Positions 42,601-53,250 of a stretch of DNA of 64,000 nucleotides are shown here, piece after piece (positions within the stretch are counted from its first letter, which is position 1; each line of letters begins with the position of its first letter). The notes beneath the pieces were generated by a model. The model had not been told where the DNA came from, made no database searches, and was given only the letters and a program-made list of their open reading frames with translations. A program made the translations under genes and the position numbers. Source of the DNA: a bacterium (GTDB lineage: Bacteria > UBA8248). The DNA lies in the NCBI GenBank assembly GCA_965213685.1, contig CBDBZY010000038.1, positions 1 to 64,000 of the forward strand. The letters run 5' to 3'.

Positions 42601-42785
42601 GTTATCCCCTACTTCCTCGCCATAGCGCACGTCGAACCGTGAGGACATCAAACGCCTTCTCCTTCGCCTGTCTGCGGTCATGCATGACGACGCATTCTGC
42701 AATGAACGCCCGCCAAGCTCCTAGTCCTTCCGCCGTCGCCGCCGCGCGCCCTCTCCCGGGACCGGCGGATCGGCAGCTTATCGCA

Positions 42786-45700
42786 CTAGACGCCCACCTG
42801 TCCCTTCCGGGGAGCATGCGCGTCGACCTCCTCCCTCGTCAACCATTTCCCCGTCCACGCGCGCCAGCACAACCGCCCCACGTCATTCCCGATGAGAGAG
42901 ATGACCGGGACCAGCACGAGGGTGATCACCGTGGCGAAGAGCAGCCCGAAGCACAAGCTAATCGCCATGGGTATCAAGAATTGGGCCTGAAAGCTCTTCT
43001 CGAACAGCATGGGGCCCAGCCCGGCTGCCGTCGTCAACGTGGTCAAGATGATCGCTCGCCACCTCGAAACGCCGGCCAGATGCAGCGCATCCTCCACGGA
43101 CATCCCGTTCTGGACGTTGCGGTTCGTGAAGTCCAGGAGCACCAGAGAGTCGTTCACCACCACGCCGGAAAGCGCCACGATGCCCATCATGCTCAATATG
43201 GAGATGTCGAACCCCATCAGGATGTGTCCCCAAATGGCGCCGACTATCCCGAACGGAATGGCGCTCATGACGACGAGGGGCTGGAAGTAGCTTCTGAACA
43301 GCGTGGCCAGAACCGCAAAAATGACGGCTATCGCAATCGCGAAGGCGCGAAAAAGGCTGGCGAACGAATCCGCCGTCTCTTTCGCCTGGCCCTCAAACCG
43401 CAGCCCGATTCCCTCATAGCGGCTGGAGAGGTCGGGGAAAAAACCGGTTTTCAGATCATCCATGATCTCGGTGGGATTGGCGCGCTTGGGGTCCACCTCC
43501 GCCGTCACCGTAACCACCCTTCTCCTGCCCACGCGCTTGATCGCGTCCAGACCCCGAACGATCCGCACTTCCGCCACCTCGTAGAAAGGGATTTCCGCTC
43601 CGGAAGAGGTCCGGATTCGCACGTTCTTCACGCCTTCCAGAGAGCGCCTCTCCTCCGGCGGATAGCGCAGCTTCACCTTCACGTCGTCCCGCCCCCGCTG
43701 CAGGCGCAGCACCTCCAGCCCGAAAAAACGCGCGCGCAGCTGCCGCGCCAGGTCGTCCAGGCTCACTCCCAGGGCGCGGGCCTCCGGCTTCAGCGACGTT
43801 CGAAGCTCAAACTTGCCGGGCCTGAAATCGTCCTCGACGTCATATACGCCGGGATATTTCCGCAACTCGCCCCTGAGCTCCTGCGCCGCTTTTCGGATCG
43901 TCCCCATGTCATCGCCATAAAACTGCACGTCGATGGCCTTTCCCCCGGGCGGCTGGTTCCCCGAAGGCCCAAACGTCAGACTCATGGCGTCGGCTATCTC
44001 TCCTGTCCTCTCGCGCCAGCGGTTGGTGATCTCCTCCGCGCTGACTCCCCTGGCTTCCGAGGGCAGCAGCTCGACGATCAGCTGGGCGATATGACTCCCC
44101 TCCCCGACGCGCCTGCCGCTCTGGTCGACCTGCTCGCCCAGCATCGTAAATACATGCCCGATGATCGGCTCCCCCGTCTTCGAGCGAAAATCCGCGTCGA
44201 GAGCCATCGCCGCCCGCTCCATCCTCTCCGCCGCGCGCCTGGTTTGCTGGACGGGGGTTCCCCGCGGAAACAGGAGCCTGCCCTCCACCCAGTCGGAATC
44301 GAATTTCGGGAAAAACAGAAACCGCACGTGCCCGCCTACCGCCAGGCCCATCGTCAGCGCAAACGTGGCCAAGGCGATGGCGACGACCAGATACCTGGCG
44401 CTGAGACAAAACCGCAGGATCGGCGCATAGAACTGGTGGATCAGCCAGTTCACCGCCCTGTCGACGGCATTCCGGACGCGCGATGAGAACGTCCGCCTCC
44501 GGGGCGGCCGCACCCAGTGGCCCAGGTGGGCCGGCAGGATAAACAGCGACTCGACGAGCGAGGCGACCAGCGCCGCGATGATGGCCGTCGGGAGCACCGC
44601 CATGAACTTCCCGATGGTTCCCTCCATCATCATCAGGGGGACGAAGGCCACGATGGACGTTATGACGGTGGCGAGGACGGGCAACGCCACCTCCGTGCAG
44701 CCGTCCACGGCGGCCTGCACCCGGTTTTTCCCTTTCTCCATGTGGGAAAAAATGTTCTCGGCCACGACGATGGCGTCGTCCACCAGGATTCCCAAGACCA
44801 TGATGAAGGCGAACATGGTCAGCATGTTGAGCGTGCCGCCGGAGAAGTTCAGGAACCCAAGCGACGCCAGCAGGGAGACGGGAATTCCCATCGCCACCCA
44901 GAACGAAAGGCGAATGTTCAGAAACAGCCAGAGGGAGAGGAAGACCAGAACGAGCCCGACGCGCCCGTTCCGCAAAAGGAGGTCGAGCCGATCCTGTATC
45001 AGGCGCGAGGTATCCCCCCAATAGACCAGGTGGAGTCCCTCCGGCAATTCCCGACGCTTCTCCCGCACGTATGCGTCCGCCGCCCTGGCGATGGTGAGGG
45101 CGTCCTCCTCCTCGGTTCGGTACACCGTGATGAGCGCGGCCGGCTTTCCGTTGAACCGACCCGTTATGTCGCTATCATCAAAGCCGTCCACCACGCGGGC
45201 GACGTCGCCGAGCCGCAGGATGGTCCCGTCTTTCTGGGTGAGTATTTCCAGCCGCTCGAACTCCAGGCCCGTATAACGCTTTCCCAGCGTCCGGATTCTG
45301 ATTCTGCGCTCCGAGGAGCGGATGTCCCCGCCCGAGAGGTCGAGCACGTTTTTGCGAATGATGTTCGCGAGCCTCTCAAACGTGAGGCCATGGCGGCGTA
45401 GCGTCTCCTCCGACACTTCGAGCGAGATTTCCCAATCCCGCAGCCCCCCCAGAACAACCTTGGAGATGTTGGAAACATCGAGCAAATCGTCCTTGATCTC
45501 CCGGGCTTTGCGTTTGAGTATCCGCTCCGGAACATTTCCGGACAACGAGAGATGAACGACCTGATTGATGCGCTTCACCTCCGTGACAACGGGCCGCTCC
45601 ATGGTTTCGGGAAACGTGTTGACGCGGTCGATCTCGCTTTTGATGTCCTCCATCAATTCCCGGGAGTCCGGAATCCACGAATCCAGCTCCACCATCACGT

Positions 45701-45971
45701 CGCACCGGTGCTCATACGCGATAGAAGTGATTTTCTTGACGCCCTCCACGCCGGTGAGGGCCTCCTCGACCCGGATGCAGACGCCCTCCTCCACCTCCTC
45801 GGGGCTCGCACCCTCCCACGCCACGCTGACGCTCACCTTGTCGAGCGCAAATTGGGGGAGCAGCTCGCTGCGGATCTGAAAGATGGCGACCACGCCGACG
45901 GTAAGCAGTATCGCCATCAGAAGGTTGGCGAAAACGGAATTGCGGGCGCTCCAGTCCAGAAGTCGCCTCAT
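42786..45971 (-). CDS. RND efflux permease (AcrB/AcrD/AcrF family)
   Basis: 1061 aa; GILVDDAIVVAEN, GVVVNDS, RWRAIILTTLTT. Confidence 0.93.
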   Translation of the reverse strand: MRRLLDWSARNSVFANLLMAILLTVGVVAIFQIRSELLPQFALDKVSVSVAWEGASPEEVEEGVCIRVEEALTGVEGVKKITSIAYEHRCDVMVELDSWIPDSRELMEDIKSEIDRVNTFPETMERPVVTEVKRINQVVHLSLSGNVPERILKRKAREIKDDLLDVSNISKVVLGGLRDWEISLEVSEETLRRHGLTFERLANIIRKNVLDLSGGDIRSSERRIRIRTLGKRYTGLEFERLEILTQKDGTILRLGDVARVVDGFDDSDITGRFNGKPAALITVYRTEEEDALTIARAADAYVREKRRELPEGLHLVYWGDTSRLIQDRLDLLLRNGRVGLVLVFLSLWLFLNIRLSFWVAMGIPVSLLASLGFLNFSGGTLNMLTMFAFIMVLGILVDDAIVVAENIFSHMEKGKNRVQAAVDGCTEVALPVLATVITSIVAFVPLMMMEGTIGKFMAVLPTAIIAALVASLVESLFILPAHLGHWVRPPRRRTFSSRVRNAVDRAVNWLIHQFYAPILRFCLSARYLVVAIALATFALTMGLAVGGHVRFLFFPKFDSDWVEGRLLFPRGTPVQQTRRAAERMERAAMALDADFRSKTGEPIIGHVFTMLGEQVDQSGRRVGEGSHIAQLIVELLPSEARGVSAEEITNRWRERTGEIADAMSLTFGPSGNQPPGGKAIDVQFYGDDMGTIRKAAQELRGELRKYPGVYDVEDDFRPGKFELRTSLKPEARALGVSLDDLARQLRARFFGLEVLRLQRGRDDVKVKLRYPPEERRSLEGVKNVRIRTSSGAEIPFYEVAEVRIVRGLDAIKRVGRRRVVTVTAEVDPKRANPTEIMDDLKTGFFPDLSSRYEGIGLRFEGQAKETADSFASLFRAFAIAIAVIFAVLATLFRSYFQPLVVMSAIPFGIVGAIWGHILMGFDISILSMMGIVALSGVVVNDSLVLLDFTNRNVQNGMSVEDALHLAGVSRWRAIILTTLTTAAGLGPMLFEKSFQAQFLIPMAISLCFGLLFATVITLVLVPVISLIGNDVGRLCWRAWTGKWLTREEVDAHAPRKGQVGV

Positions 45972-47293
45972 GGCGCGGAAACCCGGGCGGCACTCCCCGT
46001 CCGCGCGCCGAGCTTCATGCCGGGCACGGGGTCCGGGATGGCGGAAAGAATGATGCGGGCGTTCTCGTCCACCCCGCTTTTGATGACCACCCCGTCCTCG
46101 CTTTTCCGGATGACCTGCACCTTCTGAATCCGCAGCTTTCCGTCATCCAGCAAATACACCTGATCCTGCGCGCGCAACGCGGCGCGCGGAATGACGTACA
46201 CGCCGGACATGGTGACGCCTTCGAGCTCCGCCTGAACGAACATCCCCACCAAAAGGGGAGGGTGCTCTCCGGGTGCCCAGTTTTTCATGGGCTCGGGAAT
46301 TTCCACCACGAGCGTGAGCGCGCGCGTGGACTCGTCCAGCCCGGAGTCCACGAGGGACACCCGTCCCTCCCACGCAAACTTTTTCCCGAACTGGCTCCAG
46401 GACACCCTGGCGGCGGGGAAAAACCGTTTCACCTCCTCCTGGCTGCGCGGAAAGGAAGCGCCCCGTATGCGTCGAAACGCCCAGCGCACGTCCTGAACCG
46501 GCAACGACACCGGAACCTCCAGTGCGGAGACGTCATAAATGGCGCCCACGGATTGGCCCGCGCTGGCGAAATCCCCCACATCGAGACTCGTCTTTCGCGC
46601 CCGCGCGTCAAAGGGAGAGACGATTTTCGTGCGGGAGAGCTGCAAAACCGCCCTCCTCAGCTCGGAGCGGATCACGTTCAACGCCGCGCGCTTCTGCCTG
46701 AGCTGAACCGGCAAAAGGGACAGGGCATTCTGGATGGCCTGGACCGTCTTCTCCTGTCTGAGGAAATTCTGCTGGGACTGATCATACTGGCCGGACGAGA
46801 TCACCCCCTGCCTTCTCAGCCTCCTGTTGCGCTCTATCTCCTGACGCACCACCTCCATATGCCGCTCGGCGATGTCCAGATCCGCCTGATGGTTTTTCTC
46901 CTCCTGCTTCAGCCGGGAAATATCGGCCCGAAGCTGCTCGCCTTCCGCCGTCCGGCGATCCACGGCGAGCTGGTAGTCCGTCGGGTCGATCTGAAACAAC
47001 AACTCCCCTTTCCGGATGAAGCCCCCCGCCCGGAAGCCGGGCGCCCGACGGATCACCCGTCCGGAAACCTCGGGCACGATGGCGAGCTCCGTTTTCGGAC
47101 GCACGGTTCCGAAGCCCCTCACCCGGAAGGTCCGGTCCTGTTTTTTCAGGCGCATCGTTCGGACGAATCTGCGGGGTGCGGCGGGAATCACGACTTCGGG
47201 TTCCGGCTGACTCTGAATCAGCCATCTCGTGCCCCATCCTCCGACCGCCAAAACCAGGACGGCCAGGAGGATGAAAATCTTTTGACGAGACAT
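45968..47293 (-). CDS. RND periplasmic adaptor (membrane fusion protein)
   Basis: N-terminal TM, PEVSGRV, coiled coil, IVSPFD, GMFV. Confidence 0.9.
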   Translation of the reverse strand: MSRQKIFILLAVLVLAVGGWGTRWLIQSQPEPEVVIPAAPRRFVRTMRLKKQDRTFRVRGFGTVRPKTELAIVPEVSGRVIRRAPGFRAGGFIRKGELLFQIDPTDYQLAVDRRTAEGEQLRADISRLKQEEKNHQADLDIAERHMEVVRQEIERNRRLRRQGVISSGQYDQSQQNFLRQEKTVQAIQNALSLLPVQLRQKRAALNVIRSELRRAVLQLSRTKIVSPFDARARKTSLDVGDFASAGQSVGAIYDVSALEVPVSLPVQDVRWAFRRIRGASFPRSQEEVKRFFPAARVSWSQFGKKFAWEGRVSLVDSGLDESTRALTLVVEIPEPMKNWAPGEHPPLLVGMFVQAELEGVTMSGVYVIPRAALRAQDQVYLLDDGKLRIQKVQVIRKSEDGVVIKSGVDENARIILSAIPDPVPGMKLGARTGSAARVSAP

Positions 47294-47603
47294 TGCGCTG
47301 TTGGCGTCTCCTCTCCGGTCGGCGACATGCTCGCTTCCGCGACGCGAGCGCGCGTGGCGGCCCATCGCATCTCGGCACCTCCCGGAAACTGCGGGAGAAT
47401 CCCGCCCTCCTCTCCTCTATCCCTACCAGCGGCGCTCCGGTTTGTCAAAAATTCGTTCTTCTTCTCCGCGACAACGCGGCTCCTCCGCCCGGGAAGGAGG
47501 GAGGGAGGGGGCATGCGGCCTGGCCCGGTTCCCGTTCCGGAAACACGGGCGGGCGGATTATCCAAACAGCGGGTCTGCTGACGGGCTCGCGCGGCCAAGG
47601 GCG

Positions 47604-48054
47604 TCAGGCCGCGCCGGGCCGTTCGATGAGCTCCAGCGTGTTGCCATCCGGGTCCTCCAGATAGACGACAAGCCCCCCCTTGTTGGCTCCCTGGGTGATG
47701 GGCACGGGCGCGGAGACGAACTTCACGCCCTTGGGCGAGAGGGTTTCATACATGCGCGCGAGGCCCTCCACGTTATAGGCGATGTGCGCGCTGCCCACGT
47801 TGTTCGTGGCGGGAGTCGATCTTGACCCCCGGGGCGCCGACGTAATACTGCACCAGCTCGACGAGGTATCCCCCGCCCCGCATATAGACGACGCGCAGGC
47901 TCGCCCCCCGAATCCCGGTCACCTTCTCGCTGTAGTCCCGGGGCCGCACCTCATCGGAGACGACCGAGAAACCCAGCATTTCGCAATACCATCCGGCGAC
48001 GGCCTCCGCGTCGGACACCGTGAAGCTCGTATGATTGATGCTGAGCAGTCCCAT
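47604..48054 (-). CDS. VOC/glyoxalase-family protein (apparent +1 indel near 47813)
   Basis: INHTSFTVSD...LVELVQY / GSAHIAY...YLEDPDGNTLELIE. Confidence 0.82.
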
Positions 48055-48072
48055 CGCGCGCCGTCTCCCTTG

Positions 48073-48113
48073 GTCGGGGACGCTCCCTAGTCGGGACGCT
48101 CCCTAGTCGGGAG
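48073..48113. repeat. ~16-bp tandem repeat, about 2.5 copies
   Basis: GTCGGG(G)ACGCTCCCTA twice, then GTCGGGAG. Confidence 0.8.
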
Positions 48114-48220
48114 CGACCACCAAACCTTCCGCGCCGAGCATCTCCCACGATTTTCACGGCCACCTCGACAAACCCGGGCGGGATATTTGTTATTGAGATT
48201 GAGAGAGCTTTCCCGTTCAT

Positions 48221-48988
48221 TTAGGCGGCGAGCCTTTCAATATCCGCAGGCACCCTGTCCTGAAAATCCGCCAACGTCGGATATTGCGTATCCGCGTTCC
48301 GCGTAAGATATTGCCTTTCCCTTCTGCCGAGCTCTTCCATGTCCTCATGTACGACAAGGCTGATAAACGGCAATTTCGCTCGGTGAAACTCCAGCAACGA
48401 AATCGCCACATTCTTCGCCTTGTCGTTGCCTCTTACGCCAAAGAGGTAAAGTTTGCGTTCGTTGTGCGTCAAAGACCAGTCCACGCTGATAATTTGATAA
48501 TCCGGCAAAGGACACGCATCGGGAAATGGTTCGAACCGCGCCAACTCGTTGATAGTGTAGACCTTTAAATCCTCATAAAACGCGCTTCGAACAACCTCCC
48601 TGTTCCAATAGCGCATGTTGCATACCTTTTGGGCACATCCCACGAATTGCAGGACGGACTCATAAAGCGTTTCTAGGGCGGCATCCACATAAAGATTTCC
48701 TCCGTCGTTGCAAACCCCGTTATTGACAAGGATGCTGTCAAAAATTCCTTTACGGGACGCCGTATTTATTTCATACGTGTAGGAAAGGCGCATGACCGCC
48801 ATGCCGAAATCACAGATGCGCACATGGTTTTCGCCTTCGGGGCTGTCTTGCAGGTAGACATCCACCATATCGCCGTCCTCATGGAGCATGGGGACAATCA
48901 ACTGATACTTCCCTGGCCTGCGTTCATACACGTCAAAACCGGTTTGTCCCCTATGACGGAGCAAGCTGACCACCCTGTCGCTATCCAT
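48221..48988 (-). CDS. DUF1828-like accessory protein (lower GC)
   Basis: PMLHEDGDMVDVYL...ICDFG pattern; possible degenerate nuclease-like C-terminus. Confidence 0.6.
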   Translation of the reverse strand: MDSDRVVSLLRHRGQTGFDVYERRPGKYQLIVPMLHEDGDMVDVYLQDSPEGENHVRICDFGMAVMRLSYTYEINTASRKGIFDSILVNNGVCNDGGNLYVDAALETLYESVLQFVGCAQKVCNMRYWNREVVRSAFYEDLKVYTINELARFEPFPDACPLPDYQIISVDWSLTHNERKLYLFGVRGNDKAKNVAISLLEFHRAKLPFISLVVHEDMEELGRRERQYLTRNADTQYPTLADFQDRVPADIERLAA

Positions 48989-49475
48989 TGAAAAGCCTCC
49001 GTTGGCTTAACGCAGGAAAATAGTCCAACCAATTCGTTATGCCCGTGTCATGAAAGAAAACTTCCAGGGCATCTTCAAACACGACATATTTATCCGTAAT
49101 TTCCCTATACGTCTCTTGTGGCCGCAGACTGCCAGATTCCATTTTTTCAGCCGTCAGGCGGTGTATATGCGGCTTGGCGTAATGATCGTCTACGTCCCGA
49201 CTTTTCTCGCCGTGTGGACCGTTGTACCGAACAAGCGTTACGGACCCGAAATTCCTGTTTTGGGTGGCAAAACGCAAACCTATGGAGTAGTTCTCTATGA
49301 ATTGCATGTTCTGGCGGATAAAAACGGAGAAAAGCCTTTTTTCCGCATCGACGCTCTCCAAGGCAAGAGAACAACGCCGGCTGCCATCCTCTTCCTTATA
49401 CCCTCGGGCGGGCTCTTTGCCGGTAATCTTCTTTCGGGATGCTATCAACTCCCGAATTGCTTCGTCCGTCAACAT
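48981..49475 (-). CDS. Hypothetical accessory protein, partner of the DUF1828-like gene
   Basis: MLTDEAIRELI..K; YSIGL, LVRYNGPHG, PHIH; overlaps the downstream start. Confidence 0.65.
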   Translation of the reverse strand: MLTDEAIRELIASRKKITGKEPARGYKEEDGSRRCSLALESVDAEKRLFSVFIRQNMQFIENYSIGLRFATQNRNFGSVTLVRYNGPHGEKSRDVDDHYAKPHIHRLTAEKMESGSLRPQETYREITDKYVVFEDALEVFFHDTGITNWLDYFPALSQRRLFNG

Positions 49476-49615
49476 GTCGAATTTTCTATCCAATTCATCA
49501 CGCGCCGGATTTTCCCGCGGGCGCCCAGCCCGCTCGCAAAAGGAACGAGAAGACGCTCGCCACAGGTTTTTGCGCCTTCTGCAAGGACGCTTTCCGCGGG
49601 AACAGCCGCAGCGGC

Positions 49616-50596
49616 CTAGACCGCCGCGCCCAGGGCTTTTCGGGCCGCCTCGACGACGTTGCCCGAGTTCGGTAGCACGAAATCCTCCAGCCTGGGCTCG
49701 AAGGGGATGGGCGCGTCGAGAGCGGCCACGCGGCCGATGGGCGCGTCGAGATAGTCGAACGCCTCCTCCTGAATCGCCGCGGCTATCTCGGAACCCACGC
49801 CGCTGCGCAGATGCCCCTCCTCCACGATGACGCAGCGGTTCGTCTTGCGCACCGACTCGGCGAGCGTGGAGGTGTCCAGCGGCGCCAGCGTCCTCGGGTC
49901 GACCACCTCCGCGCTCACCCCCTCCTTCTCCAGCGCGTCCGCCGCCGCCAGGCAGTTGTGCACCTGGTATCCCACGCCCACCAGCGTGATGTCGTCGCCC
50001 TCGCGCTTCACGGCGGCCTGGCCGAAGGGGGTGACGTGATCCCCCTCGGGAACGAGTCCCTTCATCTTGTAGAGCATCTTGTGCTCGACCATGAGAACGG
50101 GGTTGTCGTCCTGCACCGCCGCGCGCATCAGCCCCTTGGCGTCGGCGGGGTCGCTCGGCACGGCGACCTTGATCCCCGGCACCTGCATGAACCAGGCCTC
50201 CAGGCACTGGCTGTGCGTGGGGCCATACTGCACGCCGCCGCCGCCCGGCGTGCGCACGACCAAGGGCACGCTCAGCTGCCCGCCCAGCATGTAGCGGAGC
50301 TTGGCCGCCTGGTTGATGAGCGGGTCCATGGCCAGCATGATGAAGTCCATGAACATGATCTCGACGATGGGGCGGTAGCCCGCCATGGCGGCGCCCACGC
50401 CGGCGCCCACGATGCCCAGCTCGCTGATGGGGGTGTCGCGCACGCGATCTTTCCCGAACCTCTCGGCCAGCCCCTTCGTGACGCCGAAAACATAGGCCAG
50501 CTCCACGTCCTCGCCCATGACGATGACCCGCTCGTCGCGCGCCATCTCCTCGTGATGGGCCTCGTTCAGCGCATCCACAAAATTGATCTCTCGCAT
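49616..50596 (-). CDS. 2-oxoacid/acetoin dehydrogenase E1 beta
   Basis: GEDV, RVRDTPISE, EIMFMDF, HSQ, YLDAPI. Confidence 0.93.
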   Translation of the reverse strand: MREINFVDALNEAHHEEMARDERVIVMGEDVELAYVFGVTKGLAERFGKDRVRDTPISELGIVGAGVGAAMAGYRPIVEIMFMDFIMLAMDPLINQAAKLRYMLGGQLSVPLVVRTPGGGGVQYGPTHSQCLEAWFMQVPGIKVAVPSDPADAKGLMRAAVQDDNPVLMVEHKMLYKMKGLVPEGDHVTPFGQAAVKREGDDITLVGVGYQVHNCLAAADALEKEGVSAEVVDPRTLAPLDTSTLAESVRKTNRCVIVEEGHLRSGVGSEIAAAIQEEAFDYLDAPIGRVAALDAPIPFEPRLEDFVLPNSGNVVEAARKALGAAV

Positions 50597-50668
50597 GTCG
50601 CCTCCCCAGGGTTTCCTCCGCCTTGCGGGGTTTTCGCCAGGCACAGCGGCGCCGGGCGGTGAGAATCC

Positions 50669-51658
50669 TTACGCGAACACGTCCTCGAGCGCCGACTCCA
50701 GCGTCGCCTCCGGGCTCCCCTCCGCGAACGCGATGGCGCCTTCGAGCTCCTCGTCCACAGCCTGGAGGTGCGCTTTTTTCTGCGCGTCCGTCAGCCGGAG
50801 CATCTGCGCGGCGATCGTGAGGGGGTCGCGCTTTCTCCATTCGTCGACCTCCTCCTTCGTCCGATACGGCCCGAACTGGGGGTCGCCCCGGGAGTGGCCG
50901 AAGAAGCGGTAGGTTTTCGCCTCGATCAGGCTCGGCCCCCCTCCCGCGCGCGCCCTGCGAACGGCCTCGGCCGTCGCCTCGTGGACGGCGACCACGTCCA
51001 TGCCGTCCACCGTGACGCCGGGCGCGTCGTAGCTCTGGGCGCGCACGCTGATGTCCTTCACCGAGGTGGAGCGCTCCACGTGATAGCTCACCGCGTAGTG
51101 GTTGTTCTCGCAGAAGAAGATGACCGGCAGCTTCCATATCGCGCACAGGTTCATCGACTCGTGAAAGCTCCCCTGGTTCGACGCCCCGTCCCCGAAGAAG
51201 ACCACCGCCACGCGGCCCGCACCCTCGAGTTGGTAGGCGAGGCCCATGCCCGTGGCCATCGGCATGTTCGCTCCCACGATGGAATGCGCCCCGTAGTGGC
51301 CCTTCGAGATGTCGGCGATGTGCATGGAGCCCCCGCGCGCCCGGCAAAGGCCGGTGGACTTGCCGAGCAGCTCCGCCATCATCTCGGGCATCCGCGTGCC
51401 CTTGGCGATGGAGTGGCCGTGGCCCCGGTGGGTGGTCAGGATGGCGTCGTCCTCGTTCAGCGCCGCGCAGACGCCGACCGAGCACGCCTCCTGACCGATG
51501 CTGACGTGCACCGCTCCCTTCACCCGGCCGGCCATGAAAAACTCGTCGGTCTTCTCCTCGAACCGGCGAATGCGCAGCATGTTGCGGTACATCCCGTCCA
51601 AATCCTTCTTCGTCAGCTTCTTCGGCCTGGCCGATTTTCCCTTCGCCCTGGTGGACAC
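50669..51658 (-). CDS. 2-oxoacid/acetoin dehydrogenase E1 alpha
   Basis: GQEA, HRGHGH, GGSMH, ThDP motif GDGA...ENN, YRFFGHS. Confidence 0.93.
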   Translation of the reverse strand: MSTRAKGKSARPKKLTKKDLDGMYRNMLRIRRFEEKTDEFFMAGRVKGAVHVSIGQEACSVGVCAALNEDDAILTTHRGHGHSIAKGTRMPEMMAELLGKSTGLCRARGGSMHIADISKGHYGAHSIVGANMPMATGMGLAYQLEGAGRVAVVFFGDGASNQGSFHESMNLCAIWKLPVIFFCENNHYAVSYHVERSTSVKDISVRAQSYDAPGVTVDGMDVVAVHEATAEAVRRARAGGGPSLIEAKTYRFFGHSRGDPQFGPYRTKEEVDEWRKRDPLTIAAQMLRLTDAQKKAHLQAVDEELEGAIAFAEGSPEATLESALEDVFA

Positions 51659-51787
51659 GGCGCCCTCCTCCCGGCGATACCCCCGAGATAGAATAGAAAC
51701 GTTGCCATATACGAACGATGCCAGGTTTTCAGGAGTATCACATGGCGCCATGCCGGTTCAATCGGCGGCAGGGCTGAGAGGGGGGCG

Positions 51788-52462
51788 TCAGCCGGATTTC
51801 GGGGCGTAGCGCAGGAACAGCTCATCCTCCACCCGCCGCACCTCCATGAGCGTCAATCCCAGGAATTCGCCCGACCGAAACCCCGCCCCGTCCACGAGCG
51901 TCGGGGCGGACGCCCCGCCCGCCAGCCAGGGGGTGAGCGTCACGTGAAACTCGTCGATGCGGCCGGCGAACTCCCACATGAGGCCGCCGCCGCCCTCGAG
52001 CAGGACGTTGTTCATCCCCCGACCCTCCAGATGCGCCAGCACCTGGGGCGCGAGGGCATCCTCCCCTTCCAGAAGAACGACCTGGGCGCGCTCTCCTTGC
52101 GCGTCCGTCAGGCGGGCCGCGCCTGCGGGACCGGTGAATACGAGCCTCTCGACGTCATCGGCCGCAAACCAGGGGAGCCGGGGGGGGAACGCGCCCCCTC
52201 TCGTGATCACGCCGTTCACAGGATGGGGGGGGCGGTTTTTCTCCAGGCGCTCCTCGACGAGGCGCCTCTCCCGAACCCGCGCGGGGTGCCGCGCCGCCCG
52301 CAGCGTTTCGCCCCCCCAGAGCACGACGTCCGCCCGCGCTCTCAGGCGATCCATCTCCAACCGGTCCGCCCGGGAGCCGATGGAGAGATTCTCCCGGTCA
52401 AAGGCGGCGATCTTCCCGTCAAGCGTCATCGCCAGGTTCGCGAACACAAACGGCTCGCCCAT
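51788..52462 (-). CDS. RibD C-terminal-type (DHFR-fold) reductase
   Basis: AMTLDGKIA, LRARAD, LLEGGG. Confidence 0.85.
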   Translation of the reverse strand: MGEPFVFANLAMTLDGKIAAFDRENLSIGSRADRLEMDRLRARADVVLWGGETLRAARHPARVRERRLVEERLEKNRPPHPVNGVITRGGAFPPRLPWFAADDVERLVFTGPAGAARLTDAQGERAQVVLLEGEDALAPQVLAHLEGRGMNNVLLEGGGGLMWEFAGRIDEFHVTLTPWLAGGASAPTLVDGAGFRSGEFLGLTLMEVRRVEDELFLRYAPKSG

Positions 52463-52580
52463 CGCGCTTCCCGCCCCGTGGTTGTGATTTGCCCGGATAA
52501 GGCAGTAAAGTTCCTTCTCGACCCGTCCTCGCGAGCGTTGGGCGAGCGTTGGCATTCTATTATAGAGGAGACAAAGCGCC

Positions 52581-53231
52581 ATGGGTGAATTCGACCAGCG
52601 GGTGGACCTCCCGGAGCTCGACCTGCAAAAACTCAACGTCGGGCCGTACAGCAACAACGTGTATGTCCTGACCTGCAAGGCGACGGGGGAGTGCGTCATC
52701 ATCGACACGTCCTACGCCGCTGCGCCGATTCTCGCCGCATGCGAGGGCGCTACGCCCAAATACATCCTGCAGACGCATTGCCACGCGGACCACATCGACG
52801 CACTCGAGGAGGTGCGCACCCGGACGGGCGCCCCGCTGGGACAGCACGCCGAAGACGCCAGGGAGTTCGGCATCCAGCCGGATTTCACCATCGGCGACGG
52901 CGAGGACATCCGGTTCGGGAACGTCGCGCTCCGGGCGATCCACGCACCCGGCCACTGCCGGGGGATGCTGATGTTCCATTACCCGGGGCACTGCGTCTGC
53001 GGGGATACGATTTTCCCCGGGGGGCCCGGAAAAACCTGGAGCCACGCGCAGCTGCTGACCCTGCTCGATTCCATCAGGAACAAGGTTTTCGCCCTGCCGG
53101 ACGACACGGTTCTCTACCCCGGGCACGGGGCGAACAGCACCGTCGCGCAGAGCAAGGAAGAATTCGCCAGGTTCGAGGCCGCCGGACGACCGGGGCCGAA
53201 CGAATACGGGGACGTCACCTGGGATGGCTAA
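52581..53231 (+). CDS. MBL-fold metallo-hydrolase
   Basis: THCHADH, PGH, GD, YPGHG. Confidence 0.9.
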   Translation: MGEFDQRVDLPELDLQKLNVGPYSNNVYVLTCKATGECVIIDTSYAAAPILAACEGATPKYILQTHCHADHIDALEEVRTRTGAPLGQHAEDAREFGIQPDFTIGDGEDIRFGNVALRAIHAPGHCRGMLMFHYPGHCVCGDTIFPGGPGKTWSHAQLLTLLDSIRNKVFALPDDTVLYPGHGANSTVAQSKEEFARFEAAGRPGPNEYGDVTWDG

Positions 53232-53250
53232 CACGGGAGGGAGGCCGGCC

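Noticed and set aside
35585-49475. tRNA-Ala-anchored genomic island
   Set aside because: I found no integrase and no duplicate of the tRNA 3' end.
48981-51485. 834-aa ORF as one protein
   Set aside because: Only the last 164 codons look coding; the rest is an alternate frame over E1 alpha/beta.
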